From: Camelus dromedarius
Lineage: Eukaryota
Reading direction: 5' to 3'
Length of the DNA stretch: 64,000 nt
NCBI RefSeq assembly: GCF_036321535.1
Contig: NC_087437.1
Span: 80,292,001-80,356,000, forward strand
In this document: piece by piece, positions 26,076-39,714 of the stretch
Position numbering within the stretch: position 1 is the stretch's first letter
Layout: each line of letters opens with the position of its first letter
The notes under the pieces: model-generated
Databases searched by the model: none
Told to the model about the DNA's origin: nothing
What the model saw: only the letters and a program-made list of their open reading frames with translations
Position numbers and translations under genes: made by a program

Positions 26076-27674
26076 CCAGAATTACTCCAGCAGGCAAACA
26101 AACCTCCAAACACCATCCTTCTCAGAAAAAAACCCAGGGACACACCTCTTTCGTCACTGATACAACTCAAAGATCGCAAATACACACAAAATACAATGAC
26201 ATACAAATCATCTCCGGCACTGTATGACAGAAGGCAAAGTAACCCCTACTGACAAATTACGGAGAAAATGCTCCAAGCCCCCTCGCCTAGGACCCGCTCT
26301 TAAGAGAACTCTATATAAAATGTTAATGGAACAGTTCCTTCAGAAAAAAAAAAAAAAAAAAAAATTCCTTAAAGGAACATAAAAAAGTTAAGAGGATTCT
26401 TTCCATGTAAGACTAGGAATTCTCAAAGTTCTTAAGAAATACTTAGTTTTATTTTCTAAAGAGATGATCAAATAATCTACATCAAGAAAAATGGCAAATG
26501 ACATCATAACTTTCCCAAAGATAACACTTTGGAAAAGTATCACATTTATTTACAGCTTAAAGAATATTACCTTGTCGCTCTTTCTCTGGTTTTATACTTT
26601 GAACTTGTTTCTTTCACTTTCAGTTAAAAGTGACCTTTTAATTGGGGGTTTTCCATGCATGATTCTTTTTCCGGAATCAGAGCCAAAGTTTTTCCATTTA
26701 CATCAACTTATGAAAGGGCTTCCTCCCTCCAAAGGAATTTTTTTTTAAATTCTAAATACATTGTCTTCAAATCTTTCTTAGATTTAATATCCTGACCCAA
26801 AAAAGGCATAATATTCCTAACAAGAAAAAGGCATAAAGATCTGTCAGTTGCAAAAGTGTCATATCTTAATATTTTATTAATTGTATCCTTTTAAGGGATA
26901 ATAATAATATTCCTTAATAATAATAAAATAAGGGATAATAGCAATATAATGTGTCCCTTGCAGCTAAGAGTACATCTTCTCCCTAAAGGAATAATGAATT
27001 GGCATCCACACCACACTGGTGACTACAAATCTGTATTTACCAGGAAATACGCTATAATGCAAAATCTCACACAGAATCCCGAAGTGGATATGAGGTAGAA
27101 GGGAGCGTTGTTGCGGGGGCTGAGGCAGGAATGGCACCTTCAGAGCCTAGTGTAACTTAGCATCATTTCTACTCCTCAGCGCACTTCCCTGTCTTCTTCA
27201 TCATCGAGGGTTAGGATTATAAATGGGTGATTTGCCCTTTAAACTGCCTGCAGCCATCATAACTAATGCAACAGCAGAAGACCTTGCCAGAAAGTCATTT
27301 CAGGAGCAAAAGGAAGCCTGGGTTCCATGGGAGAACGGCCATCATACTGAGCAGACAGCAATTTTCCAAGACTGCTGGCCACACACCCCAAGGGTTCCAG
27401 GCCAGAGCTGGTCAGGCCCAATCGCTTCTGTACTTCTCAGGACAATGGGAGTGAGACATAGCTACGATCCAATGGTCCCCAACACTGGCTTGCTTAGCCC
27501 ACCCTGGGCCAGGGTATTGGCAGGACAGACCTGCACTACCTGCTATACTTACTGACCATTGGGAATCAAGGCCCTGAGGGAATCTGGCTCAGTATGAATG
27601 AAATGATAGACTTTGTCCTTTAATCATTTTTTCTAAGCTGCTACTTTGTGTATAGTTCACAGTGTGTACTCACT

Positions 27675-27910
27675 TCCTAAAGAAGTCACGCTGTCTGGGT
27701 TTCAACCCTGTTCTGCCATTTACCAGCTATGAGATCCTGTGTAAATTAATTAATCTCTCTAAGCCTATTTCTTCACCTGCAATCTTAGGATGATAACAAT
27801 AGTTGATACCTCATCTATTTATTGAGGGGCTTAAATGAAATAATACAGGTAAAATGGTTAGCCCAGAGACTCATACCTAATAAGCACCCAATAATTAATA
27901 GCTATTAGAT
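27675..27910 (+). mobile_element. MIR SINE
   Basis: tctgggtttcaaccctgttctgccatttaccagctatg...aatctctctaagcct...taagcacccaataattaatagctatt. Confidence 0.8.
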
Positions 27911-29284
27911 TTTTATCATATAGAATTTCTCTTTCTTTTTCATTTCTATTATTTATTCTTTAAAGTTACTGGATGTGTGTGTATTATGAGAAATACTGCA
28001 TAAACCACTCCTCTGATAAAAAGACTCAAGTTAAGAAAAATTAAACAATCAACCTAAAGGGCATAATACTGGAATAGCTTTTTACTAAAATATAACCAGT
28101 CAATTTTGAGTAACATACAATTTGCTGGACTCTAAAAAGTTATTCCATAAGTCTATGTTGTGTAGTCAGCATTATTTGTTACCAGAAGTCATTGCAGTGT
28201 TTTAAGCAGGGATTCGCCTGTATATGATAGAAATTGGTCTAGACTGTGGTATAGACAAACTCTAGCCTAGACTCTGCTAAAGTAAATAGAAAGGTTATTA
28301 CAATCATGAAGTACCTTTTCTTGTCCCTAGAACTATAAAATAAGGTGCCTAGCCCATTACATGGCTTCCTTCCATCTCCAAGCCTAGAGCTTTTTTCACT
28401 GGTAACAGTGTTAAATCTTTATTAACTTGTATCTTAGAAATGGCTGTGAAACTTCAGAATGAACAAAGTGAACACACTACTTCAGGGAGATCATTTTCAG
28501 CTGATTACTATTTAGCCACCTATTTCACAAGAGACTGGCCATATCAAATTCTTGAGAAGACAAACACTGTAAGCCAGTTTTACATGGACGTTTTTCTCTG
28601 TGACTATCAAAGACATTCACAGCATTGCTCAGAGGCCAGCATTACGTATTTCTTTCAGGAGCTAGATGATTTACCCAATGTCGTACAAATCCAATTGTAG
28701 GGCCAGAAACAGGAGCCCCCTTTGAATTCCCACCCCATGGCTCTCTTCATCAAGTATCTTAACTAGCTGAAATTAAATGGCTTGGAAGGGTGGGCAAGCA
28801 GAGTCACCACTGAACAGTCTTCAGCCTTTTCAAATCTCAGTTGGATACATATGGATGCATAAAATTAGAAACTGCTTTACATAATTAAAGCCAACTATTA
28901 TTAGAAAAGCCAAATATTATTAGAAACATTGACATTTAAAATTCTAACCTTACTATTTGTTAAACAAAGGTTCCACCACCACTGGAGTAAGTATATGACT
29001 TCATAAGAGGACCACTTTGAAGGACAGCCCTCATATGTATATACACATTCCCACACATGCGGAATCGAAGAATATATGAAAATATAGTAAATTGCACTTG
29101 CTCTGTCAGACTCCACGTCTCCTGCTCTTGTCCCCAATCACATTTTCTTTCTAAATTAATCACAAAAGACCCCTCATTTCATAGCATGGGAGTGAAATAT
29201 TTAATGACCTCTTTTTTCAGGTAAAAGGATCACTTGGAGGAGTGGAAGAGTTTGGCCATTCCATAGCTGCTTCTCTATTAAAAA

Positions 29285-29585
29285 CAAATGATAAGGGTTA
29301 ACAGTAAATCTGTGGGCCAGAGGTTAATGCCATAAATACATCAGCCATGCCTTTATGATCTAAAAATAACCAAACACCAAACTATGAAATGCTCTTGACG
29401 TCAATGGAAGACACAGCAGTCAATTGAGATCACTTTATAATGTTCCCATAACTGCCTCACAGATAAACTTGTACTGTGGTCTTTCATGTCAAGACCATAA
29501 AAAAAAACCCTTCCGGGCTTCACAAGGCAGTTACCCGTTAACTATACAATACACTAAATCCTCGTAAATTATGAGTCATATGACC
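29285..29585. promoter_or_regulatory. Candidate enhancer (dense transcription-factor motif cluster in non-repetitive DNA)
   Basis: TTGACGTCAA (CRE) 29395-29404, TGAGTCA (AP-1) 29572-29578, CTAAAAATAA (MEF2-like) 29360-29369, GATA sites at 29289 and 29461, TGTGGT (RUNX) at 29475, HOX/CDX-type CCATAAA, TTTATGA and CTCGTAAA. Motif evidence only. Confidence 0.35.
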
Positions 29586-30899
29586 AGCCATGGACAGTAA
29601 GTATAACCTCACGCTCCAAGCATAAAATAAATTACAGAGAGAGACCTAGAGAGAAGTTTTATTTCTCTTTTTAATTATGCATTAGTTGTTTTTAAGAAAC
29701 TTAAGTTTGAACCTAGCTTCTAAAAAATATCCTCCAAGTTAAGGGTTTAGGCAATTTGGTAAAAATTCAGTAAAATAAATTCAATTGTTTGAATATGCAG
29801 TTAACTGTATCAGATTTCTGTTTATCTCAGCTCTAAAAACATCATCTGAGGTCACTCTCCATAGTCTAATGTAACTAACCATCTTTTCATCTGGAATTTT
29901 ACAGTAGGAACTATAGAGGGAAGGACTGATTTCTTCTCTCTTCTCCCAGTGAGCACTTGCATCTGGAGGCTTTTTACTCTCTCTAGCTACATTTAAAATA
30001 AATCGACTCCCATGCAAAAGGTGATTAATTCATTGGTGAAGAAAACCGGGCCCCAAATTTTGTACTTGCCAGGCCTATTGAAGTCTTAAATTTAGAATCA
30101 GTCTAGAAAGCCCGTATCAATATGACCTCTGGTGCACCTGAGGTAGCCAGTGGATCTGAGATCTCATGAAATCTTCCCCCATTAAAGTGATGTCCAAAGG
30201 CCAAATGCAGATAAACATTTCATTTGTGTGTGAACAGAATTATTGCTTTATAACTCACCGGCTTTGGAAGAGAGCCAAAATTCATGATATTTTATTCAGC
30301 ACAAACAAGGATTAAGAAATACTATTGTTTCACCATGGAGCATTGAGTAGAGAAGAAATAGCAATGTCAAGTGACTGGCATCACTATATTGCAATATATC
30401 TAATTTATGTTCTGTGTAACATGATATTTTTAAATGCTTTAAGACATCAAAATAAATGTTGCAGACTGGTGGTGCCTTTGGGGTTCTAGCTGGTGACTGA
30501 CACTACAGAGGGAACAATACACACAATTAGGTGCATTTATAAGGTCTAGAAATTGCCTAATTCAATATATTGGGAGTAATCAGCAATCAGATGCAGGCTG
30601 AGTGAATTTAGGTGTATGAATAGTAGTCCAGATTATACAAGGAAGTTTTTCTCATGTCTAGATAGACAAAATGTATTAGATCACTCCTAACTCTGACTGT
30701 ATTACATAGATACGGCCATCAAATTCCAGAGCAGTTGACCTATTTCCCAAGTCAAAGTAAGCTCTGTGTGGGCAAAATTTCTTGAAAAAATTTGTTCTGA
30801 GCTCAGGGGTCTCAGTTTGTGTGTGTATGTACTTAAAAATAACATAAATTACACTGCTAAAAACAGGGAAGACACCATTCCTTTTCTCTTCTGCTTTTA

Positions 30900-32340
30900 T
30901 TCTTTGCCTGTTTTTCTATGATACTTTGACCTCATATCAATTCGTAGTGTCTGTTCAATGTTTTGTGAATATTTTTGCCAATTTGTCATTTGTCTTTTGA
31001 CAACAGCATTTTTTATTAAAATCCTCTCAGTCTTACTTGCTCAACAAAAATTTTAAAACACATTTTAATGTAATCAAAACTGTCCATCTTCATTTACGCT
31101 TAAAAATGTCTTTCCTTTATGCTTAAGAATGTCTTCCCTCACACAGTCAAATAAATTTTATCCTAAATTATCTGTGAATACTTTCACTATGTTTCTTCAT
31201 TCATATCTTTAATCTACCTGGGATTGATTTTTGCTGCATGGATTGTAGTAAAAAAAATCTCTAAAAACATGAAAAGATGCTCAGCTCCCTAATGTCACTG
31301 AAAGGAAATGACAGCAATATGACCATGCCATTTTGTTCAAATCAGAGTGGCAAAAATTATAGAGTAATAATACCCCTAATGGTTAACATGTGTATAAATG
31401 GGGATTAGTATGTATTGCTGGCGGACCTATGATTTGCTACGGTCTTTTGGAAATGTAATCTGATAACATGTTTAGTTTCAGGAATCTAATACTTAGCAAT
31501 TTGAAAAAGCACTGATATACAAAATTTTAAAAATAAGTTTCAATTAGCATTGTTTCCTAATAGTAAAAAAAATGATCTGTTTGTCATCTAAAAGAAAGAT
31601 TCATGCACCCACAGATTATTTGGAAGGTGCTTCAGAGAAGGAAGTGAGGGACCAGGGAGAGGGATACAGGGAAGACTGAAAAGCCAAAATAAGAGTAGAA
31701 TGTGATTACCCCAAGGGAAATAAGCCTTGATTCTGCCACCTGAATAACTTAAAGAATAACTGGAGGTCAGAGATGGGAGCACAACCATTAGAGAATTCCC
31801 AGAGGGAAGAAAAGCAAAAAGACTCAGAGCACAGGCTTGAAGCAACATGCTGTCAACTTAAGCTAACTCTCCATTTGCATGGAATTGTTCAATTATAGTG
31901 TGGCTGGAATCAGAGGTGGCCTGAAGGATGTGTCATGAGACTCCTGATATAATAGCAATCAGTAGGTGAATGCCTCAATAAATTATGGTATATCACTTAT
32001 ATAGAAGATGCTACAGCTATTTAAAAATAAGTGACATACACATATGCTGACTAGAAAGATGTCAATAATATATCAGTAAGTAAACTGTGGAACAACTTAT
32101 ATTTTTCATGATCTCATTTTTAAAATTAAAAACCTGCCTGTGTGCCTGCATGCACACAGGCATGCAGTTTTATTGTATAACCTTGTATACATACAGAAGA
32201 AGGTCAGGAGGATACACACCAAATTGTTAACGTTTGATAACTGAGAAATTAGGACTAGAAGAGAGGAAATTATTAAGCATTTCTTTACACAACTCTGCAT
32301 TGTCTAAATTGCTGCCCCCAAATGCATTACTTTTGATTTT
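30900..32340. mobile_element. Ancient L1ME-type fragments (minus ~30900-31250, plus ~31260-32340) with an ERVL-type LTR fragment at ~31580-31900
   Basis: Degenerate L1 motifs (aacatgaaaagatgctcagctccct; aattatggtatatc; ggatacacaccaaattgttaac); subfamilies uncertain. Confidence 0.5.
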
Positions 32341-32530
32341 TTTTTTCAAAGTAATTGAGGGACATTAAAAGTTAGCTAATACATTCCTAGTTTGAGCTTT
32401 ATTCCCACTCAAGAGCTTCGTCTGAAAGGAAGTCCGCTGCATTGCTGGACAGTCATAATTTTTTAATGCTAGTAAAAATCACTCTACTTCTAAGCCAAAA
32501 AAAGTCTCTCTTTTATCTATTCAATTTCTA

Positions 32531-32871
32531 CTCTAGATTGGCAATGTTTAAAATGGCAGCCACCAGACACATGTAATATTATTAAGTATTTGAAATGTGT
32601 CTAGTTCAAATTGAGATGTGTTTTAAGCATAAAATATACATCAGGTTTTGAAGACAGTTAGAAAAAAGATTGTAGATATAGCTCATTAATAATTTTTTAT
32701 TTATTATATGTTTGAAATAATATTTTGGATATACTGAGTTACATTAAAATACATTAAATACATTAAAATTGATTTCCCCGATCTCCTTTTACTTTTTTAA
32801 TGTGACCACTAGAAAGTTTAAAATTATATATGTGGTTTGTATTATATTTCTGTCAAACAGTGCTGCCCTAG
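32531..32871. mobile_element. hAT-Charlie MITE, MER33-like
   Basis: atggcagccaccagacacatg...tttgaaatgtgtctagttcaaattgagatgtg...aacagtgctgccctag; homologous to 17298-17631. Confidence 0.8.
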
Positions 32872-33669
32872 AAGAACATTATGTTTTTTCATGTCAGTTG
32901 ATTCAATCTTTATTTATCAGATGATGCAGTTTCTGCAATCATCTCTCAGCTATTATCTCGGTTTCCATACTCCAGGAAATACCTGACACAGAATAACACT
33001 CCATAAAGGTGTGCTGCTGTTGAGTTGAATAGGGCTTTGGAATCGAGGAGAACGTGCCTTCCAGGAAAAAGCTATCATCAGAAGGAGTTGCTGAAGAGGA
33101 TTTGGTGATTAAAGAGACCACCAGTGTTTTTAGAAGCAACATGCTCTTCATGATGTGGAGGACAGAAGTCAGACTACACAAAATTAAGAAGTAAGTGGGT
33201 GGTGATCAAGTAGAAGCTATAAACATAGATTCCTTTTTTGGCAAGGGTACAGAGATAGTGATTTAGGTGGTCCAGAGAAAGTTTAAAATAAAGAGACTTA
33301 AATATACTTTTTGTAGAGAGAGACACAATCTTTGAGCCTCACTCTATCATTACACCCACCTCATATGCCCCTTTTTCCCCTTTTAATGAGATTTTAATTG
33401 GTTGAAGGATGACACCAACAATTAGCAACAGCTTGCCTGAAGATGGAAAATACTACATAATTTCACACATTTTATTTGGGACCATCTTTCAAAGCAGCGC
33501 TGGCAATGCACTGCCTTAGAGGACACCATGCACATGGGCAGCCCTGATTCAAGCTGGTGGATATCAGTGATGGGTAGAGGTCAAAGAAGAGAGAAAATTC
33601 AGAAATAGGGTAACAATGTCTATTGTCCACACTAACCAATAAAGCAAAAGAAAACTAAAACTTTGATAA

Positions 33670-34770
33670 AGGGAAAAGCTTCATTACATTAGTTTCGGCA
33701 TTAATTTCTTGGCTATAGCATCAAAAGCAAAAATAGATGTGGGACTAAAAACTAAAAAGCTTCTGCATAACAAAGAGAACAATCAACAGATTGAAAGAGC
33801 AACCTATGGGATGGGAGAAAATATTTGCAAACCATATATTTGATAAAGAGTTAATATCCAAAATATACAAGGAACTCCTAAAACTCAACAGCAAAAAAAA
33901 AAAAAAAAATTCAAAATGGGCAAAGGACTTGAATAGACATTTCTCAAAAGAAGACATACAAGTAGCCAACAAGCATATGAAAAGATGCTCAGCATCACTA
34001 ATCACCAAAGAAATGCAAATCAAAGCTACAATTAGATATCACTTCACACCTGTTAGGATGGCTATAATCAAAAAGATAGACGTGTCGACAAGGATGTGGA
34101 GAAATTGGAACCCTTGTGCACTGTTGCTGGGAACATAAAATGGTGCAACCTCAATGGAAAACAGTACGGAGGTTCCTCAAAAAATGAAAAAGAAAACTCC
34201 CATATGATGTAGCTTCCACCTTGGTGTATATAAATCCAGAACTGAAGAAAAGAATTGAAGTCAGGAACTCAAAGAGATTTCTGCACACCCACATTCATGG
34301 CAGCATTATTCACGATAGCCAAGATACGGAAGCAACCTAAATGTCCACTGACAAACGGATAAAGAAAATGTAGTGTGTATATGTATATATATATATACAA
34401 TGGAACTTTGTATTCATATTCGGCCTTTAAAAAAAGAAAATTCTGTCTACAACATGGATACACTTTGAGCACATTATGCTAAGTGAAAAACACCAGTCGC
34501 AGAAGGACGAATACTGTATGATTTCATTTCTGTGAGGAATCCAAAGCAGTTAAACTCATAAAACAGAAAGTAGAATGATGGTTGCTGGGAGATGGGGAAG
34601 AGGGACTCAGGGAATTGCTGGGCAATGGGTATAAAGTTTCAGTTATGCGAGGTGAAAAGCTCTTGAGATCTGCTATACGATATGTGTTTATAGTCAACAA
34701 TACTGTACACTTAGAAATTTGTTAAGAGGGTAGGTCTTGTATGATTTTTACCACAATTTTTAAAAAAGAA
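33670..34770 (+). mobile_element. 5'-truncated L1 (L1MA10/L1MB1-like): ORF2 C-terminus plus 3'UTR
   Basis: ORF 33791-34138 ([22 protein letters not shown]...[16 protein letters not shown]...[12 protein letters not shown]) is L1 ORF2; 3'UTR aaatttgttaagagggtagg...ttaccacaat. Confidence 0.92.
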
Positions 34771-36849
34771 TGTATTGGTTTTTCATGATTTAAGCTGTGA
34801 CTTTTTTCCTCATGAAACTCATTGTCAATTCCACTGGCTTACAAATATTCAAACTGACCATGTTGCTCAAACCCTTTAATGAAATTTAATAAAAATTTGG
34901 ATTAAAAGATGAACTTTAAAATATGCATAATACCTTCACTGACTTAAACCTAAGGAAAAAAGTGTAATGATTTCTTTTAGTGGATGGAGATGATCATGAG
35001 TTAAATGTAAAATTATTTGCTATTTCCTGCTGATGCCAAAGTTCTGTCGTATTAACAATAGGATAGAGTTTGGTTTGAAGTTTTTTTGTTTGTTTTCACA
35101 GCAGCTAGTATAAGAATTCCTCTTACAGGAAGAGTTGCTTTTGTTGGGAAAATGCTTTGGTAAATCCACAGGGAGCATTAGCTAAGATTCATAGGCCTTG
35201 ACACTGGGTAGTGATGAAACTTTGAAGAAAGATCAAAATCACTCTGTATAACTGAAAGAAAAGAACTGGGAGCTTCAGAGGAAACTTGGAAGTTGGGGCG
35301 GAAAGTAAAGAGAGGAGGAGAAAGAGGGTCAATAAAATGATGGCTTGCTATGTGTGATGTGACCCTTATAAAGAAAAAGCCTGCAAAAAATTATCTAATA
35401 CTGTTCAAATTATCTAATTCTTGTGTAGTCTTGACTATATTTTAAAATAAAAGTTTTATTAAAGTATCATTTCAAAAATAAACCAGATATGTTGTTTCTA
35501 TCTACTGAAAAAAAAATACCAAATTAATGGAAATAGGATTATCTGAGTCTTCTGAAAGTGTTTATATTTTATCTAAAATAAGCCGAAACTTGAAGAAAGG
35601 TAAATATTTAGAGTCTAAATTATTTAGCTTTTCTGACACAACTCAATTGCAGTACATTGGTGGATTTCTTCAGGGCTGTAGGTGTCTGTAGATTTTAAAA
35701 CTGACCTAAGTGCTAACTAACGTTTAGATCTTTTTATGTTTAAATGTTGTTTGTATTCAAAATACCAAATTTATTTCCTGTTCCTGAGCTGTCAAAACGT
35801 CACTTAGCAATTATCTCCAGTTACCAAGCTCAAGTGCTTTGTGGGTTCACAGTCCTAGATGGGGCAAACCTGCAAAATAGGTGGATGTCAAGAATCTCCA
35901 GCTCCTTTAATTCCCTTTTTAGAGTTTCTGTCCTATCATCTGATACAACTTAATCCTACAACTTAGATACTAAATATGCCTTATTAAACTAACTCACAGC
36001 GAGAGATTTGCTCTGGGGAAAAAAAAAATGAATTCTAAGGAAGACTTTAAGAGTGGGCAATGCTGAGCATAAAGGAATGAATCATAAATCATAGGCTATC
36101 CAGTGCCAGGAGCAGGCCAGTGTGAGAACTATATTTGAGTAGGTACCACATCATTGACTACCTGGTCACCTTATGCCTTATCTAATCTGGAGATTTGGGG
36201 CACCCCTTGTCTCTCAAGGATTTTAAGGGAGGAAATATTTGATTTGCTTTTGAAGGGTCAACATTGTCTAGAATAAACAAACACTTCCTAATTCCCTTCC
36301 CATTTTGAGTAATATAGGAATAAAGTAACCAATAGAGTTTAGCTCTCTTGGGTTTCGTTAGCAGACTGAGGTCTTCTGTGTATATTGTTTATAACAAATT
36401 GTATTGGTTCCATGAGCAGCCTGACAAATAAACAAGCACAGTATCACAGAATATCAGATCTGCCACTTGCAAGCAAAGGTCATTTCTTTATATGTCCCCA
36501 AAGTGCTTTTACCCTAGTAATGTTCAATGGAGTTTGCTGAACAACTTATCTCAAACATCGTTTAGTAAAACTTTCCACCCAAAGCAGGAATAAATCCCAA
36601 GAAATGAAAATCCTCACCTGAATAAAGTGTTATGAAAATAATGTTTTGCTCATAGTCCCCTAAAAAATCCCTGATGAATGAATAATTTTTTAAAAATAGA
36701 TTGTTACCCTTGGCCAGAACAGTGTACCAAAGAGATTAAATTCAACCAATTTAACCAATGTGATTAAATTGAAAAGAAATGCAAAGTCCAGAATTTAGTA
36801 TAAAATAAATGCACATGCACGACAGCCTATCCAAAGAAGCAGATTTTAG

Positions 36850-37070
36850 ACTAAAGATTAGACCTGGGGGCTATGGCAGACCTCTTTATGTATCTGAAGG
36901 GCCGTCTTATGTAAAAGGGGCTGAACTTAATCTGTGTAGCTCCAGAATACAGAATAGGAGCACTGCATTGAAGCTGTAAGGAAATGTATTTTTTTACAAG
37001 CTTTATGATAATTATAGCTGACCAATGAAAGAGACTGCTTATATTCTATCAGTCCAGGCCACTTGTTGAT
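36850..37070 (+). mobile_element. L3/CR1 LINE fragment
   Basis: tatgtatctgaagggccgtc...ttaatctgtgtagctccaga...agaataggag...tgaagctgtaagg resembles the L3 3' region. Confidence 0.6.
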
Positions 37071-37369
37071 TCTACATGGTAGAACATCAAACTATTTTTC
37101 TTACTTATCTTTTAGATCATGCAGGTATAATTCTAAAATATGAGTGAAAAGTTCAAATCCCATGCAAGTATCATAAAGTATAATAATAATGATTTTTTTT
37201 TCTTTTCACCCAGCTGCCTTAGTGTCAGGCACTTTCAGATTTAATTTTCTACATCATGAAAGAAGAGTAAATTTTTTTAAATTTCAAGATTATTAGGACT
37301 TTATGAGTCACCTAGTGCAACTGTCCATAAATCCCCCCCTCAGCATTCCTACTGATTGGACATTCTCAG

Positions 37370-37775
37370 CAAAATAAGGGACTTTGCAGATCTGATTAAT
37401 TTAAGGATCTTGAGATGGGAGATTATCCTGGATTAACCCGGGAAGGCCCAATGTAACCACATGGGTCCCTTTAAGGAGAAGTCAGGAGGGTCAAAGTCAG
37501 AAAAACTGGAAGATGCTACACTGCTGGCTCTGAAGATGGAGTTAGGAGCCATGAGCCAAGGAATGAAGGTGGCCTCAAGAAGCTAGAAATGGCAAAGAAA
37601 CAGATTCTCCAATAGAGTCTTCAGAAGGAATGCAGCCTTGCTGACACCTTAACTTTAGCTCAGTAAGATCCATTTCAGACTTCTGACATTGAGAACCATA
37701 AAGTAATAAATGTGTGATGTTTTCAGCTACTAAGTTTGTAATGATTTGTTACATCAACAAAAGAAAACTGATATA
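37370..37775 (+). mobile_element. MaLR LTR, MLT1C/D-like
   Basis: gggactttgcagat...aaggatcttgagatgggagattatcctggatt...gagccaaggaatg...ctaagtttgtaatgatttgttac. Confidence 0.88.
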
Positions 37776-38339
37776 GCTCCTATTAAACCAAAATGGCTCT
37801 CCCTGAAGTGTCATTGTTCTCTGGTCCGTGCTGAATAGGTTTAATCTGTTTTTCATATAAGGGCTTTTCGACTATTTGCAGATCAAAATTTGGCGTTACT
37901 AAAACACATTCCTTTTTCAGCCTTTACATTCTTAGTTCCTTGATCCTTTTCTCATATGACTACTCTTCAAGTTAATTTGCTTTCCTATTCTCTGTCTGCT
38001 GAAAAGGTCCCCTTTAGTTCAGTGGCTTAGGACAGATCACATTACCCAGTATCATCTGACCAGCACAATGGTATAATTCACTGGTAACCCGGACACAAAT
38101 CACATTTAGTCCATCTTCTTATTTTCCTTTAACTTTTATAAAGCACTGATGCAGAACGCACCACAACTTCCTAAGTGTAATGGTGCTTAATAATTTGAGT
38201 TAGACACAAGACAAGTCATTCTTACATTAGTAGAAAAGTTCCTTAAGGTTTCCTAAGATAAGCTCATAGAGACAAATTCAGTTATAAAATGAGATTACAA
38301 TTACTCCTCTGCAATTATTCACATACACCTTCTCTTCTG

Positions 38340-39420
38340 GAAAATTCCAACATCATTCTGGTTTCTGTTTCATTGTATTTGTGATCAACTTTTGACCTTT
38401 CTTTTTCTTTCTTATACTTTCTGGGAGAGTCTAAGATCTGCTCTTTATTCTCAGGGTTCTGAAATTTCACAATAATACAATTTGGTCTGTGGTTTATTTC
38501 AATTATTATACTAGGCACTTGGCAAAATTTTTAATCTTATTTTCTTACATTATTTCTTCTATGTTTTTCTTCCTTCCATTTGTCTGTCTTCTCTTTATGA
38601 GATCTTGAACCACTTGGATTGTTTGTCTAATTTCTTCTTTTGTTCCATGCTTTCCATCATTGTGTTTTGGTTTGCTCATTTTGGTGTTGTTGTTATTCTA
38701 TTTTTCTGGGAAATTTACTATATTAGTTTGCTAGGGCTGCCATAACAAAATGCCACAGAATGGATGGTTTAAATAGCAGAAATTCATTTTCTCACAGTTC
38801 GGGAGGCTGGAAGTACAAGGTCAAGTTGCCAGTGGGGGTGGTTTCTTCTGAGACGTATCTTCTCAGCCTGCAGGTAGCAGCCCCCTTGCTGCCTCTTCAC
38901 ATGGTTGTCCCTCTGTGTACACATGCCCCTTGTGTCTCTCTGTGTGTTCTAATCTCTTCTCATATGAACACTTGTCAGATTGGATTCGAACACATTCTAA
39001 GAGCCTCATTTAACTGAATAACTTCTTTAAAGCCCTATCTCCATATACGGTCACATTCTGAGGTACTGACGGGTTAGGACTTCAACGTATAAATGTGGTG
39101 AAGGGATACAATTCAGTCTATGACACATTCAACTTTTCTATAAACATTTTGTTTTAATTTTTAATTTCTGCTATCAATTTTTTCTAGAGCTCTTTTTTAT
39201 TCTCTTCATAGTCATTTTTACTGTATCCTATCCTTGTTCATGGATTTATTATCTTCTCTTACCTCTCTGAGAATCTGTTTTGTCTTTTCTTTATTTCCAA
39301 CATTGTCTTTGCTGTCTCTGAGTTCATTTCATTGTAAATAGCTAGGGATCTTTGAATGTCCATTCACATTTAAGAGGGATCTGTTTAAGACACTGAAAAA
39401 TTGATTAGAAACTGTGAAAA
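38340..39420 (-). mobile_element. Ancient L1/HAL1-type fragment split by the MLT1 LTR at 38720-39124
   Basis: T-rich degenerate sequence; the minus ORF 38315-38518 (IIVKFQNPENKEQIL) resembles L1/HAL1 ORF1. Confidence 0.5.
38720..39124 (-). mobile_element. MaLR solo LTR, MLT1A/B-like (~405 bp)
   Basis: tattagtttgctagggctgccataacaaaatgccacaga...ctcacagttcgggaggctggaag...gtcacattctgaggtact...gggatacaattcagtctatgaca. Confidence 0.9.
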
Positions 39421-39714
39421 ATAAAATAGACTTGACAATATATTGCTATAGGATGACCAGGCTGTAAGCCAGTTTATTTTGTTGGGGAAAGGAGGACATT
39501 AAGGAAATGAGTGATGAGAAGTGAGCTGTGACCATGGACCACAATGGTGAGATCATAATAGATTTGTTCGTGATAGTCCCCTGTATGATGGGAGCCCTCA
39601 GGCCTCAATAAACTCAATGAACGTGAAGAAAGGCTGAAGAAAGGCTCAACAGCAATGATGTGGGATTGCTTTTTCGCACGGTCCAAAGAGATGAGATGCT
39701 GCGAGCTAACACAA

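Noticed and set aside
26075..26365. Possible processed pseudogene ending in a ~21-nt poly-A
   Set aside because: No AATAAA upstream, no convincing TSD and no recognisable coding homology.
33791..34138. L1 ORF2-like ORFs (also 4516-4974, 21377-22476, 48292-48624) as functional CDS or a domesticated RT
   Set aside because: Short, frameshifted or stop-interrupted pieces of 5'-truncated L1 copies; no intact ORF1, endonuclease or full RT.
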